This document shows, one piece after another, positions 30,817 to 43,165 of a stretch of 64,000 nucleotides of DNA. Position numbers and translations under genes: made by a program. Location of the stretch: assembly GCA_037447605.1 (NCBI GenBank), contig CM074804.1, positions 6,301,909 through 6,365,908 of the forward strand, written 5' to 3'. Numbering within the stretch: the stretch's first letter is position 1; each line of letters starts with the position of its first letter. Under the pieces are notes generated by a model. It was given only the letters and a program-made list of their open reading frames with translations, did no database searches and had not been told where the DNA came from. The stretch comes from Zygnema circumcarinatum SAG 698-1b (lineage: Eukaryota > Plantae > Zygnematophyceae).

Positions 30817-32069
30817 ACCTTATTGTGCGTTAGTAGGTTCTCATTTTGTTGTTATCTAGCAGCCATTTCATTCATTCTTTGAGTCAGTTGCTTGTACAGG
30901 CATGGACTTTGTTTCTAGGGTAACCGCTTACTGCAGATTATAACTCCATAGACTCCCGTGGGTACCATGCCATTTAGAGCTCTTTGCCCGACATAGGAGA
31001 TCGTCAGTGTTCCTTTAATGCAGGAGCATAGGTGTTGATAGATGCGATTAGGGATTTTTCAGGCGGGCAATTCTGTTGTAATGAGTGGCGAGCCTGCGAG
31101 GTAGTGTGTCAGAAAGCAGGATAAGTTGTAAGCAGGGTGGCTGCTGCGGGCCTGTGCAGGGCACTCACAGCAAAACAGTGCCCGCATGTGTTTCTAATGT
31201 TGAGTGTATCGTGATGCCACTGCACAAATTTTGGAGCAGGAAGTTGTTTGCCTCTGCCCAGGCCTGGGGTCAAAGTTGCCATGCGACAGGAGGCTGATCT
31301 TTTCATTGGAATACTGAAATTAGGAGGGGATAAGGTGAAAGCAATGAAAGGGAATTAAATATTTGCCTCACCAGTAACTTGCAGCGGTGAATCTCTTAAT
31401 TGGGCCGCGATATGTGCTTTCCTTCCTTATTATAAAATTAAAATAACTTCCACATCTACATTCCCATTCCCTTTGCCCATTAAGCAGCGCATGACATACT
31501 TTAGAAACATTCAGAAGATGCCGTTCCATATGAGACCCCCAAGTGAGTGGAAATCGATAATGGGATTCTCCTCAACAGATACGATCAGAGGTTAGTTCTA
31601 TGTACAAATGTGAAGGTAACTGGAGATCTTCACTGAATCGGCATGCAAGCACTTAACCCCCCTCTAGTCTGCGCGGCCTCTGGCTTTCCAAAACAGAAGC
31701 CACGGGGGGAGTTTATACGGTCCACCACCTAGTTGGATGCTTCATCGGCGACCCTAACTATTGGTGCGAAGCATTTCTCGCTTTACTAAGTAACGCAGCT
31801 TAACAAATTGTCATTGCCTAATTTTCTACGCTTATCTTACCTGCTTGAATGGCGGTTGGCTGCCTTCTTTTGGCGTCCTTTGTGAGCATCTACGCCTACT
31901 GGACTTATTGCCTGCATAATGCACAATCAGAATAGATACACCCCAGAGCCTCTGCCTTTGTCTGCCGAACACAAATCGTCAGAAAACAAGAAGCGGAGAT
32001 ATGCCTTGTCACTCGGACGCTGCGCCATGGAGACTCAGCCGGCTTTGCAGGAGGCAGGCTTTGAACGTG

Positions 32070-35017
32070 TCAGTGCCAGCCAAGAGAAGAGAGAGCCGCC
32101 ATGGCCGCCAGGGAGAGAGGATACAGCGCGATGGCGAGCAGGCCCATCCACAGGCGGAAGGTGCTTCTCAAGCCGCCCACGGCCCCCACAGCGAGGCAGG
32201 CCAACACCACCACCGCCACCTGCACTCCCCACCGAACCATTTACTCGGCCGCCCGGCCCATGCAAATGCTTGAGAGAAGGAATTTCGTGCAGCGTTAGAA
32301 GGGCTCTAATTGACAGGAATGCTCACGCATACCCTGAAGACGAAGGGGGGATACGATTCAGCAAGGCCAGAGCAGGCACGGGCTTACCTCGGGAGCAAAG
32401 TTCCATTCCAGATTATGATAATATACAGCGCCATAAAGGGTGGCAAGGCAGAGCGTGTTTGTCATAATTACAGCACCATAAACCTGCAAAATAGACAGTT
32501 ACAGAATACCCAGCTAAATGCAAAGGCACAAGGAGTAAAGCACAATACGGTTCGCCGTTTCGTTTCTTTGATCTGCTTCGTTTTGTGCCTCACAAGCTCT
32601 GGACAGGAAATAACGGTGAAATTATGCGAGCGCTGAACCGTCGGAAGTTTTGAGAAGTTCTACACAAACCTGCCGCTTTCTACGACAGCGGCTCTGTTTG
32701 CAGCTGCGAATAATACTTCAGGCGGCACTGCAAATTCATTCAGGTACATACGTCCTCCTCCCCACCGAACACATTGTCCCATGCAATCTCTCGGTTTAAG
32801 TGTAGCTCTAAAGGAGTGGCGCCCGAAAAGTAGAGGAACGGAATTCACCTGGCTGTGAGCCAAAGCCATGCCCGACCGAGTCTTGCTTCTTGCGAAGAGG
32901 AGAGTGGACAAAAATTCACTTGAATCTGCAGCCATCGGAGATATGACAAACGAGACGTAGAAGGGCGGGATCCCAGTGGCAGTCGACAAATCTTGCAGAG
33001 CTTGCACCTGCAGCGACCAAAGCATGAAAAGATTTCACTTTCGAACGTTTTGCGGTAATCCTCTTTATCTGAGGTGGCCCAGTGCGGTTTTGAAACCACC
33101 CATTCCTGCTTCCGTCTCCAGTAACTATTTGCTTCTGCATTGTACCGCAAAATCTGTTGCTTGTACGCTCTTCTTCTGCTCTCCAGGTGCATGAATGGTC
33201 CTCACTAGTTTCTGATTCAAGAGGCAAGAGCGCACCATGGGATCCGAACACACGCCGACCAGGCCAAAGCCGAGAATAAGAAGTGAGAGAGCAGAGGGGA
33301 GCACGAGCCACCGCGGCTTCTTCTTCGCGGCCAACAGCAGAACAGGGCCCTCCTCTTCGTCCCTAAGCAGCGGAGCCTTGAGATTGTCCTCCGATTTCTC
33401 CGTATTCACAGAACTTAAGTTGATTATAGCCTTCTCCAGTTTCTGTCCCCTCCCAACAGATGGGATTTCAATACAAACCTTACAAGTTTTTAGGCTAGTG
33501 GGTATTGCTCGAAAGTTACCTGCGCTTGGGAGTAACAACAACCAAGAGAAAGATATCGTTGATGTCCTCTGATTACAAAACAACTGAGTTCGATTCGAGG
33601 CCCATGCGCTGAAAGTTGCGCCCAACTGCGTCGTCACTGCCAGTCTTTCTTTTAATGTAATTCAATTGCAGAGGATGAATGGCTGCACTCACTCCGTCAT
33701 CCTCCGCCGGCTGCAGTGTTGCACAAACACAGTCGTCCTCACCGCCTGCAGAGTGTGGCGACGAAACTCCGATCTGCTCCGCAATGCGAGGCCAAGTAGA
33801 AGAGTCAGACCCTTCTCAATACCACCTTTCCTGCGGGGAGGTTTTCCCGCCTCACCCCTCCTGGAGTAAATCATGGTCAACTATGCAAGAAGAGTGCGGG
33901 CGATTTTGAAGCGACCTACCAGTAGAGAGTGCGAGAGAGAGAGAGCGAGAGAGAGAGAGTGAGAGAGAGAGAGGCCAGGGGCTCGCCTGCTGCGCGCTGT
34001 ACAGCAGCGATGCAAGCAGTGCCAGAAGTGCCCCGACCAGCACCACAGGAGGGCTTTGAATTCCCAAGGACGCAGGAATCTGCCATGCCAGTCGCATCCC
34101 CTACCCACCGCATTACTCCAAAAGGCGGCAGCATCGCCCGCTGAAGGAGACTTCTGCATTCAGCCATGGCCTCCTTCCAGACGGAGGCTGTGCTTCCCAC
34201 CTGCACCAGCAGAAAGAGCGACGACGACGCAGCTACCATCCACGCCGCCGGCTGCACCGCTCTGCGCCCTCCCACCCACCCTCCCACACTCCTTCAACTC
34301 TCCGCAGCCCCCCTTCCTTCGCCCCCCCCCCTCGCCTGCTGTCCGAGCTGCAGCGAGAGGGCCGCCCGCCTGCGCTCACCGCAGAGGGGTGACGCCGGTG
34401 GCAGCGAGGTCCCACGCACGTGTGAGCGCGCCGTCCAGTGCTTCGCCGCCGGCGTCGAGGTCGCAGCGGCCCACGACAACGGCGCCGCCCCACGCCAGCG
34501 TCAGCAGCATCAGGGAGTCGCCCGCGATCACGCCCATGGCCGCGCCCACCGACTCCTGCAAGGGCAGCCTCCGCCTTTTCAGGGTGATCCCCCCTGGGAG
34601 GGGGGGCAGGGCCAAGCAGCTGCCATGGATTCGGAGTGGGGGCAGAAGGGAGGAAAAAAATAGAGGAGGAGGCGAACCTCCACGGATTCTTTGGAGCCAT
34701 ACGCCGCCGCTCTGAGGATGAGCAGGCAGAGAGGGCCCGAGTTAAGGACCGGCAGGAGGAGGCCGCCAATGAAGGTCGGAGGCCATACCTGCACCCTCTC
34801 TCCTACAGATGAATTCCGTGACATGTGTGCGTTTCTGTGAGTGTGATAGAGATAGAGATGGAAAGGGTGCGACGGAAAGAGAAAGAGAGACATCGACAGA
34901 GGCAAGGAAGAGGCCCCAACAGACCTCCAACAGAATCTCCGCGGCGCGAGAAATGAGCGACGCTCCCGTGAGGAGGAGCGGTCCATACAGCGCCACGAGG
35001 CCCGCCGCCATAGTCAT
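32070..35017 (-). CDS. NCL-like sodium/calcium exchanger (CaCA superfamily), apparently lacking the EF-hand loop
   Basis: Exons encode YGPLLLTGASLISRAAEILLE, IGGLLLPVL, AMGVIAGDSLMLLTLAWGGAVVVGRCDL, SDPMV, LSTATGIPPFYVSFVISPMAADSSE, YGAVIMTNTLCL..LEWNFAPE and STFRLWMGLLAIALYPLSL, collinear with plant NCL. Confidence 0.88.
33932..33973 (+). repeat. (GA)n microsatellite in an NCL-like gene intron
   Basis: Imperfect GA dinucleotide run. Confidence 0.85.
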
Positions 35018-35368
35018 GGCTGCCCCCGTCTCTCTCACTCTCTCCCTCCCTCCCTTTCTCCCTCCCTCCCTCCCTTTCTCCCTCCCTCCCTCCGGCAGGC
35101 GCGCAGGCGGAGAGAGGCCTTCGCCGACAGGGGCAGAGCGTTCGGGCGCTCCCATTGGTCCTCGGGCCACGTGGTGTGCCAGCTGGCACCCCGCGGTTGG
35201 CCGGAAACGGGCGCTGCTGAATGGCTTCCGCATTCTGCGGAGGGAGCCATACGGTTCTATGTGAGCGCCGTTCCGGTTCACGGTTGACGGGTGTCACGTT
35301 GACCTTCGCACGTGCGGCTGTTTGAAACTCGAGTTGGACGCGGGACGGCTTCAAGTGCTCTTTGGGTT

Positions 35369-35917
35369 GGGCGGAGGGCGAGGAAGAGGGGGAGGGCGAT
35401 GGAGAGGGAGGGGGAGGGAGAGTGGAGGGGGAGGGAGAGGGAGAGGGAAGGGGGAATTACCTGCAGGAAAAATCAAACACGGCTAGGGTTAGGGGTAAGT
35501 TTAGGGTGAGCGTTAAGGTTACGGCTACCGTTAGGTTTAGGGTTAGTGTTAGGGAAGAGGGACAGGAGGGAGAGGGGGCCGGAGAGAAAGTGGAAAGGAA
35601 GGGAAGTGAGAGAGGAGGGGGAGGGAGCGGAGAGGGAGCGGGAGAGGGTCTGCGAGAGAGAGGGATCGGGGGAGAGGGAGCGGGGGAGGAGGGGGAGGGA
35701 GGGGGCTGGAGAGGAAGAGGAGAGGGAGGGGGGTGGCAAGGGCGTAAGAGAGAGAGAGAGACGGGGAGGGGGGGGCAGGAGAGGGAGAGAGCCAGGGAGA
35801 GGAGGGAGAGGGGGCGGAGAGGTAGAGTGAGTGGGAGAGGAGAGGTAGGGGGTGGAGAGGGAGAGGAAGAGGAGGGGGAGGGTGACGAAGAGCGAGAGGG
35901 AAAGTAGAGGGAGGGGG
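35369..35917 (+). repeat. Polypurine (G/A) low-complexity tract
   Basis: About 550 bp composed almost entirely of G and A on the + strand, interrupted by the TTAGGG-like array. Confidence 0.9.
35483..35554 (+). repeat. Degenerate interstitial telomere-like (TTAGGG)n array, 12 units
   Basis: CTAGGG TTAGGG GTAAGT TTAGGG TGAGCG TTAAGG TTACGG CTACCG TTAGGT TTAGGG TTAGTG TTAGGG in strict 6-nt register. Confidence 0.7.
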
Positions 35918-36524
35918 CCGCTGCGCATAGTTCTGGGAGGCGGATAGCGTGGGCAGGTGGTGTGTGCTCTGCTCGCTCGCAGTCCAAAATGTGTGCATGT
36001 TTTGGGCAGTACGGCCAAGGATGGCTGGATGGACTCGTATGAAGGAGCACAAATTGGTGCATTGAGAGCACGGGTAGAAGAAGTAGACGTAAGATTGCAT
36101 GCCTTTTGGTTGCTGAGTGGACCTGTCTTTCTTTTTTGACTGCAGCCATGATTGTCTGCGTTTGTAACCGTCAGCTCCTTGAGAGAATAAGCGGAATGCC
36201 TTACCCCAAACAGGATGATAGTATATGAAAGGCGGTTGTGACTGAGGATTTTCCGGCATACGCCGCATTAATGAAATTGTAGCGCGCTGTCGACTGCTGC
36301 GTCCTTTGAAAAGCCCTCGATGAGCCATACAATGGTTTCACTGGTCTCGTTGACTAAAGCTCTAAAAGAACCAGGTGTTAAGTTGTCCAGCAAGATGTCT
36401 ATCGAGCAGCCGACAGCTTTTGTGGGCAGTTTCTTGACCAGCAGTATTGCCCCGTGTTGCAGGTGAGGAGCTCAGCTCCATTGTGGGCAGCTGCCGGCAT
36501 TGCTGTTAGCCAAACTTGGAAAGG

Positions 36525-39500
36525 ATGTTGTCATACGTGCGCCGCGGCCCAACAAAACGAAGAACTCTAGTGCCCGAGTCCCCTAGACGGATACCGTCAA
36601 GACGTCCTCAAAGATTTTCGTTTTTTTGTCTGTTAACTTTTTGGACGCTTGTCGTGGTTTGCGGCATCACTCAAGTATTTCTCTCTGGGACGATCTCTGG
36701 CATCCTCCGGGCATTTTCCAGATTATATGATGATGTGGATCACTTTCAATACAGGCTAACGGAGGTATGTAAAGTCCTTGTTAGTTGATCCATTGCTATA
36801 TTCACACAATTGAAGCAGGCCTCGAATTTGAAGGGTTTTAGCTGTAAATCGTTTCGTTTGCCAGCTATGGCTAGTGATGGTCGCCGAAGCAGCCATTGCT
36901 GAAAGTGCTGCTCTAGGACTGCCGTCTTGGCAATCATTGGTGGGCAAGCAATGGGAAAGCATTATTTCCTCGACTGCATGAATGTTCACTTTGCCCGACC
37001 GTACAGTTTCTGACAGTAACGAACGGCATTGTGAGTAGTCGGCCTTGTGAATATGAGCACTAGAGGTTGATCGTACAAACACGACTTCCTAGGAACTTGT
37101 CTTTGAATGAAAAGGCTTCTGGTCGATGTCGTCTAGTGACTAGGTGAGGCGGCCTTTGCTTTCTGTCCATTCGGATCGAAGGAGGGATTGGCTTGCAGAG
37201 TGTGGGCTCACTCGGCCTTCCTTTAAGGCTTCCTTATCCTGTATTTACGGAGTCTCTTCCTAAGCAAGAGTATGAAAGGAGTAACAGATATTGTGTTGAC
37301 ATCATAACTTACCCAATATCTCCAACTTAGCCATGTAACTGATAACAAAGACTAGGTTCGCATCACGTTCTACAATCGAACACATGATTGAAATGGAGAG
37401 AATGCTTATACGTGTAACTTTCATTGAACAGAACTCAATGAATTTTCAGTGGCTGTGCAATGAGAAGTTTTCAATGTGAATTTCAATGCATTTTAGTGCA
37501 TTTGTCATCCAATGCACGATCACCGCATCAAACAAAGCAGCTTGCTGAAGGGAAACTGCTTATCTGTTCACAGTCGTTCCCAGCATTGTAGGTGATAATT
37601 CCCGGGGTTAGGCAGTGGCAATGTCCTTGTGCAAGCAGCATGTCTTGGAAATCAACCTCAGGTGGCTTCATCCATGCGACATAAGGAAGCATTATGATGA
37701 GTGTTTGGGAAAACTCGCTAAATATGGCATGTTTGAAAACGACCTGTTTGCCAGACATTCGCATTCTTATGAGACAGGAAATCGAGACCATAATTGAAAT
37801 GTTGGAATCATCTCAGGCGTGTCATGCTCACGCATCAACTTTGCCCGTGATAGATGTCATTTGGCACAGGGCTTTCATGCGGAAGTGTAGTTCTTTAATT
37901 AGTTTTAGAATAAAAGACACTGACAGGCGTCATCCAGCAAGGGTTGCTTGACGGTTTAGTTCTGATTAGTGGCAGGGGCTACTCTGAGTTTCCATGGAAT
38001 ACTAAAAATAATTGAATGTGCCAGTGAGCAGTGCAAATGTTGAATCACAATGGAAGCGTTTCTTTCATGATGAAACATTGACATGCATTCTTGTCACTAA
38101 ATGTACGTCGTGGAAAGCGGCGTCCTTTGCCCTTCTTTAAATCTCTTCTCGGTATTTTCCTTGGGGCCATGTCAGGAGGGCTACATTCTGCCTTAAGTTG
38201 AAATGGGTAAAGGTCGTCCCAAGTGAGGCCCTGTGGTTGAAAAGGACCCTGTACGGCATTTTTTCACGATCGATAACACTAGCTTCGCATCTTAAGAAGG
38301 TTTTTTGGCAGAAGCTGCAGGAATGCCAACTTACAGACGGGCGTCTTTGCTTTAACATCTAGAATGAGTGAAATAGGGACCATGTCTGGATTAGGAGTTG
38401 GCATTTGCTCATGCTTGACAGATTGAAGAACACGACATGACGCAGGAATCCTGCATAAGGTAATCATGTGCAGAGGAGACATGCATTAAGTGCTCTTTTT
38501 TCATTCAAGGTAATAATTGTTAATAAAGAGAAAGACGTACGAGTGAGCTCTCGCTTAAGCATGCCGATACCTTCTCTCTCCCAAATTGCCATCCTCTGGT
38601 GTTTTGGAATGTCCAGGAAATCGAGGAGGAAGCACTTCCCTCACTATCAAGCACAGATCGTACTGCTCTGCCCACACAAAAGCCCCTGAATGTGGTAAGC
38701 GCAGAGACTTGCTCATAATGCAATGTAGCCAGTTGCGCGCTGCGCTAAACGTGTTTATGGCTGTCCTGTTCATAGTAGGACTGTTGTGGTTCAGCCTGTG
38801 GTGTTGAAACTGGCATAAGGAATACAACTCTAATCTTCAATTGGTCTGAGGTGACTTTGGAAATGGACATTGGACTTTGGACTTCGGACTGGAAATGTGC
38901 ATGTTATTTCTGACATGCTTTTTTGGCTTTCAGGAGAAAATACAGCTAACATTGCTTTTTTTCCGGTTGCTGGAAAACGGGTTCGACATATTTGTGATTT
39001 CGCAAAAAGATGTAACTTAAAGGAAACGTTGTTTTAAAGCTGGCGGAAGGAGCTTTGTTATTGTGATGTAGAATTTTGTTCGAGGAGCGATTTGCCTGGT
39101 GGGGGCAGCCCGAGACTTCGAGCTGACAGGACCCTCCATCAAGAAGCACTTGCTGGGCAGTTACAGGAATGCGGATGTGTTTGTGAACATGGCATTGGAC
39201 GACAAGAGCTACAAGCTCACGTTGCTCAGTGACATCAGCAACCTCGCTCGCGTGCGTCTCTTTGCGCAGTCGCCCATTGAGGAGGGGAACGCTACCACAG
39301 TGCTGGCTGCACACGGCTCTCCAAATGGGATTCAGGTAGGATATGGTAGCTGCCCGACAGCCCGTTTGTCAGATGACTTTAATCAGCCTATTGATAGCTT
39401 GGTTTTAGCACCTTAGAGCAACTGTAGAAACAGCCCAAGTTCCCAGGCCAGTTCCCCCCTCGCCCCTCCCCCTCCTCCTCCTCTGGGTTGGCTGGGCTCA

Positions 39501-41036
39501 AGGTGTCATACACTCTACTCTCCCAAGAGCTATAAAGTTCCGATTCCACACAGAGGTCAATTGCGTGTTTCGGAACGTTAACAAGGAGATGAGTTGGCTA
39601 CAACTTGTGTACACATGCAGGGTCTCTTGCAATATTTCGACCTTGTGGAAGGTTGCCTAGACTTGATTGATGACTACAGCAGTAACCACTCGGTGACTTA
39701 TAGGTGGATTATTCGCACTCGAGTTGATACTTTTTGGACGGGGCCACCCCCTCACTTCTTTCTGGAGAAGGGCATCTATGTGGTGCCGGAGGGTTCAAGA
39801 TTTGGCGGATTGAATGATCGTTTTGGATTTGGAAGCTTCGAGGAAAGTCGCGTAGCCCTTAGGCGCCTGACCATGCTGGAAGCGTTGTACAACGCAGGCC
39901 GGAAGGGCCTCAACTCGGAGCAGGCATTTGCCGGCCAACTCGACGTTTCGGGTATCAAAGTCTTGTCTGAAAAGTTCAATTTCTGTGTAGTCAGCAGACG
40001 TCTGTATTCGTGGTCGACCAAGGCTGCCAACTTTGGTGTTCCTGTTATTGCTTTATCAAGTCTCGGTCCCATGAATGGGGCCAAATGCAGGCCATGCACT
40101 CCCATTACTAATGCATCCGAGTCAGAGGAGATACTTCAGTCATTTTCCCGAAGTTGGGGCTGGCCAGGAGACAACCCCGAGTTAGAGCTTTGCAATGCCA
40201 CGGAGCCATGGGAGAAGACCTGGCGAGCAGTTTTTGACCGAGTAGCAGGGCAAGATATCGCTGCTGAACGAAAACGAATTGTGCGTCAAACTCGCCTTTC
40301 CTGTGTGAAGAAGTTCAATATGCTTCAGAGCATCCCTGGGGGGTATGAAGGCCCTCCCGGAAGTGTAGTTTGCCAATTAAGGAAGTGGGGTTCGTTTGAA
40401 ATATTAAAGTATGCAGCTGTGGCACAAGTGCCTGTCTTCCTCCCCCCATTGGATAAATCTAGTATCGTCTACTCCTTAGAATTCAGCAAGGACTTGGAGC
40501 TGGAAGCATTGATTCATCAACGGACGAGGTCTTCGATCCATCTGTTTCAAAGCCATTCTCCGAGGCTAACTTTGTATCAGCAAATGCTTGCATACTTCAA
40601 TGGCATAACCACTCATCAGTGGGTTGTGGGGGAGAAAAACGGTGGAGTGAAGTCTTCACTCTTATCGAGTTCCCTTACAAAGGAGGGATTTCGCCCAAAA
40701 ATAGCCTTGAAAGTCGGGCCTTCTGAGGTGGATTCTAAGGCACTGAAGTCTACAATGGCGGATTTGGGGCATAATAGTGTGGACCTCCTGATGCTGGCAG
40801 TGAGTGAAGCGACTCTGCCCGGAATCATAGGCAGGTTCTTCACCTGGGATAGCAAAATTCCTATCTGTCAGCTAATTCTTAGGTTGGAGCCGGTGATTGA
40901 AGGTGCAACGAGAAAAAGCTTTGTGAATCGAGTGAGGGAGGTGTTTCGAACAGTTGGGTTCTTCATGATACATTGTAAAGGAAAGTACAGCGAGGAATTT
41001 TGCTTATTTTTAAGGGGAGATCCTTGCAAAAAATAA
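36525..41036 (+). CDS. Paralog 2: type II membrane DUF7796-like + degenerate methyltransferase-like fusion
   Basis: Exon 1 (36525-~36764) has a TM (FSFFCLLTFWTLVVVCGI). Exon 2 (39072-39335) GAICLVGAARDFELTGPSI..GSPNGIQ. Exon 3 (39621-41036) GLLQYFDLVEGC, RTRVDTFW, GGLNDRFG, MNGAKCRPC, LDKSSIVYSL, TMADLGHNSVDLL. Splice phases are consistent. Confidence 0.85.
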
Positions 41037-42202
41037 AAATGAAAGCTGCTAGTCTTGTGTTGTTTTTGTGGCGGGACGATTGCCTGCCTGCTGGCCTCTC
41101 GGAGCCGTCGCACCTGTCTGGATGTAGGGCGGCTGATGCCTCCGTCCCTCTTTGAGCAGGGGTGCGCTTGAGAGCCGCTTGCAGGCAGGTGATTGGGCGT
41201 TCTAACAGCTTGAGAGAGGTTGCAGCCTGAAGATGCATGCATCGGGTTTGGTCAAAACACCAAAAATATTCTTCTATAGGTTTTCCGGGAGAGCTGCTCC
41301 GACCGTGCGCACCTGTAAGGTTGTGACTGACTGCTATGTAACTTCATAAAGGTACTTTGCTGAGCGAACTGCCTGGCAAGCGGCACTGCGGGATTTTGGA
41401 GCCCGCCCTCCATCAGGGAGGAGGCCCTCGTCGGGAAGTTGCAAAAGCACAGACAACTTCGTGAAGAGGGCGTCGGACGGTGAAGTATAGAAGGCGCCAG
41501 CACGTCAGCACTGCTCGCAGCCTCCCTTCCTCGCCCGACGGACTGGCAAGCACCCTGACTTGACTGACGTCATCACAGCAGTGGGTGGCTGCCAGTGGGA
41601 GGGCCGCCCGTCCTTGGAGATGTGCGTTGTGGCGCAGCTTGTCGAGGTGTCACGTTTGTCACGGTGTGCCACCGCCTTAGGAACAGTATGCGATACTCTG
41701 AGCCCAATGGTTGGCTGCCATTGCAATCGTTTGGAACCATCACCTAGAAAGTGCACAATGTTGTACGCCGACCGGCGGTTTGGACCTCTCATCACGTATC
41801 TAAATCGGGAGCATCGGGCTCCAACCTACCGCAAATTAGCGCGTGTCTAAATCTGAAAAAGTGGATCGAAAAAACGACGCTTCTTTTTTCTGATCCTAAA
41901 ACCCCATGCCATGCCATGCCACGGCCATGGCCAACAAGACCACCATGGGGAACCACGAGACGAGGGCCCGCCCTCCCAAGGATGAAACAAGCCAAACTTT
42001 GGCTCCTGCGTTTGTGCGCTAAACGACACGCGAAACGCCTCCGTACGGCGGGAGCGGAGGGGCGGAACGCGGCGGCTTCTGATTGGCGCATATGCTGACG
42101 TGGCCCCCTGGCCTTTTGCCTTTTACCGCCGGGCCGCGAGGGAGGGAACTTTTCGAAAAGTAAATGAAAAAAACGTTTCTGAGTTTCCTTTTCGGTACAT
42201 TA

Positions 42203-42359
42203 GGGGCTGTCAGACTTAACAAAATCTTACGAAAAGTGTTACGAAAAAAAAGGTTACGAAAGTACTCCGCCGCAGGAGGATCGCGATTATACTGGAGTAC
42301 TCGTTCTGATGTCAAACTTACGAACACGCGTACTGAAATTTTTTAAGTCTGACACCCCC
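42203..42359. mobile_element. 157-bp MITE, PIF/Harbinger (Tourist)-like
   Basis: TIRs GGGGCTGTCAGACTTAA / TTAAGTCTGACACCCCC (16/17 match), TTA on the left flank, no coding capacity. Confidence 0.75.
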
Positions 42360-42364
42360 AATTA

Positions 42365-42948
42365 GGGCGTGTCAGACTTAAAAAATTCTCGTAATACTAA
42401 AAACTCGATATTCGTAACATTTCGAGTCAACGTCAGTAAAACTAAAATTCCCGAGCCTAGTTTTTCGCACTCGCGGCGCGGTCCTGTTCGCACTCCGCGA
42501 TCGCCGTCTTCGCACTTCTCCAAACGCCGTCTTCGCAACTTCGCTCTCGCGCGGGGCCCTCAGACTTAGAACCAGCGCCGGCGCGGCGCGCGGAGACCGC
42601 TTGTCGTTGTGTCGTGTTGCGCGTCACGGGCGGGCGCGGGCGCGGGCGCGGGCGGGAAGCCGGGAAAACAACCATGACGTCACGTTGACGCGATTCTCGC
42701 CAGTATTTTCTTCGCACGTCCATTTCGGCGCCTCTTTTGGGTGCGAACAAAATCGTGCGAAGAAGAGCCCTTTTTAGTAAACCCCACGGGTCAATCTTCG
42801 AAACGTTGACCCGTTGACTTAGCACAGTTGACTTCCGTTCGGTTTGGTTTAGGTTCGGGGGCGCGATGATTTTTAGTACTTAGTAACCTCGATTCTCGTA
42901 ATACTAAAAACTCGATATTCGTAACATTTTGTTAAGTCTGACACGCCC
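42365..42948 (+). mobile_element. 584-bp MITE copy A, Harbinger-like
   Basis: Perfect 17-bp TIR GGGCGTGTCAGACTTAA, TTA on the left flank. A second, inverted copy lies immediately downstream. Confidence 0.85.
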
Positions 42949-43165
42949 TTCAATTTATGTCACATCCCTCTCTTGTCGCGATGCGAGGGCCCTAAGGCGT
43001 GTCAGACTTAACAAAATGTTACGAATATCGAGTTTTTAGTATTACGAGAATCGAGGTTACTAAGTACTAAAAATCATCGCGCCCCCGAACCTAAACCAAA
43101 CCGAACGGAAGTCAACTGTGCTAAGTCAACGGGTCAACGTTGCGAAGATTGACCCGTGGGGTTTA

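Noticed and set aside
31655-31735. Small hairpin followed by CTAG as a Helitron 3' end
   Set aside because: Stem only about 6 bp, spacing atypical, and no 5' end identifiable.
35362-36328. Long Gly/Glu- or Pro/Ser/Leu-rich ORFs
   Set aside because: Translation artefacts of the polypurine tract, which lacks stop codons.
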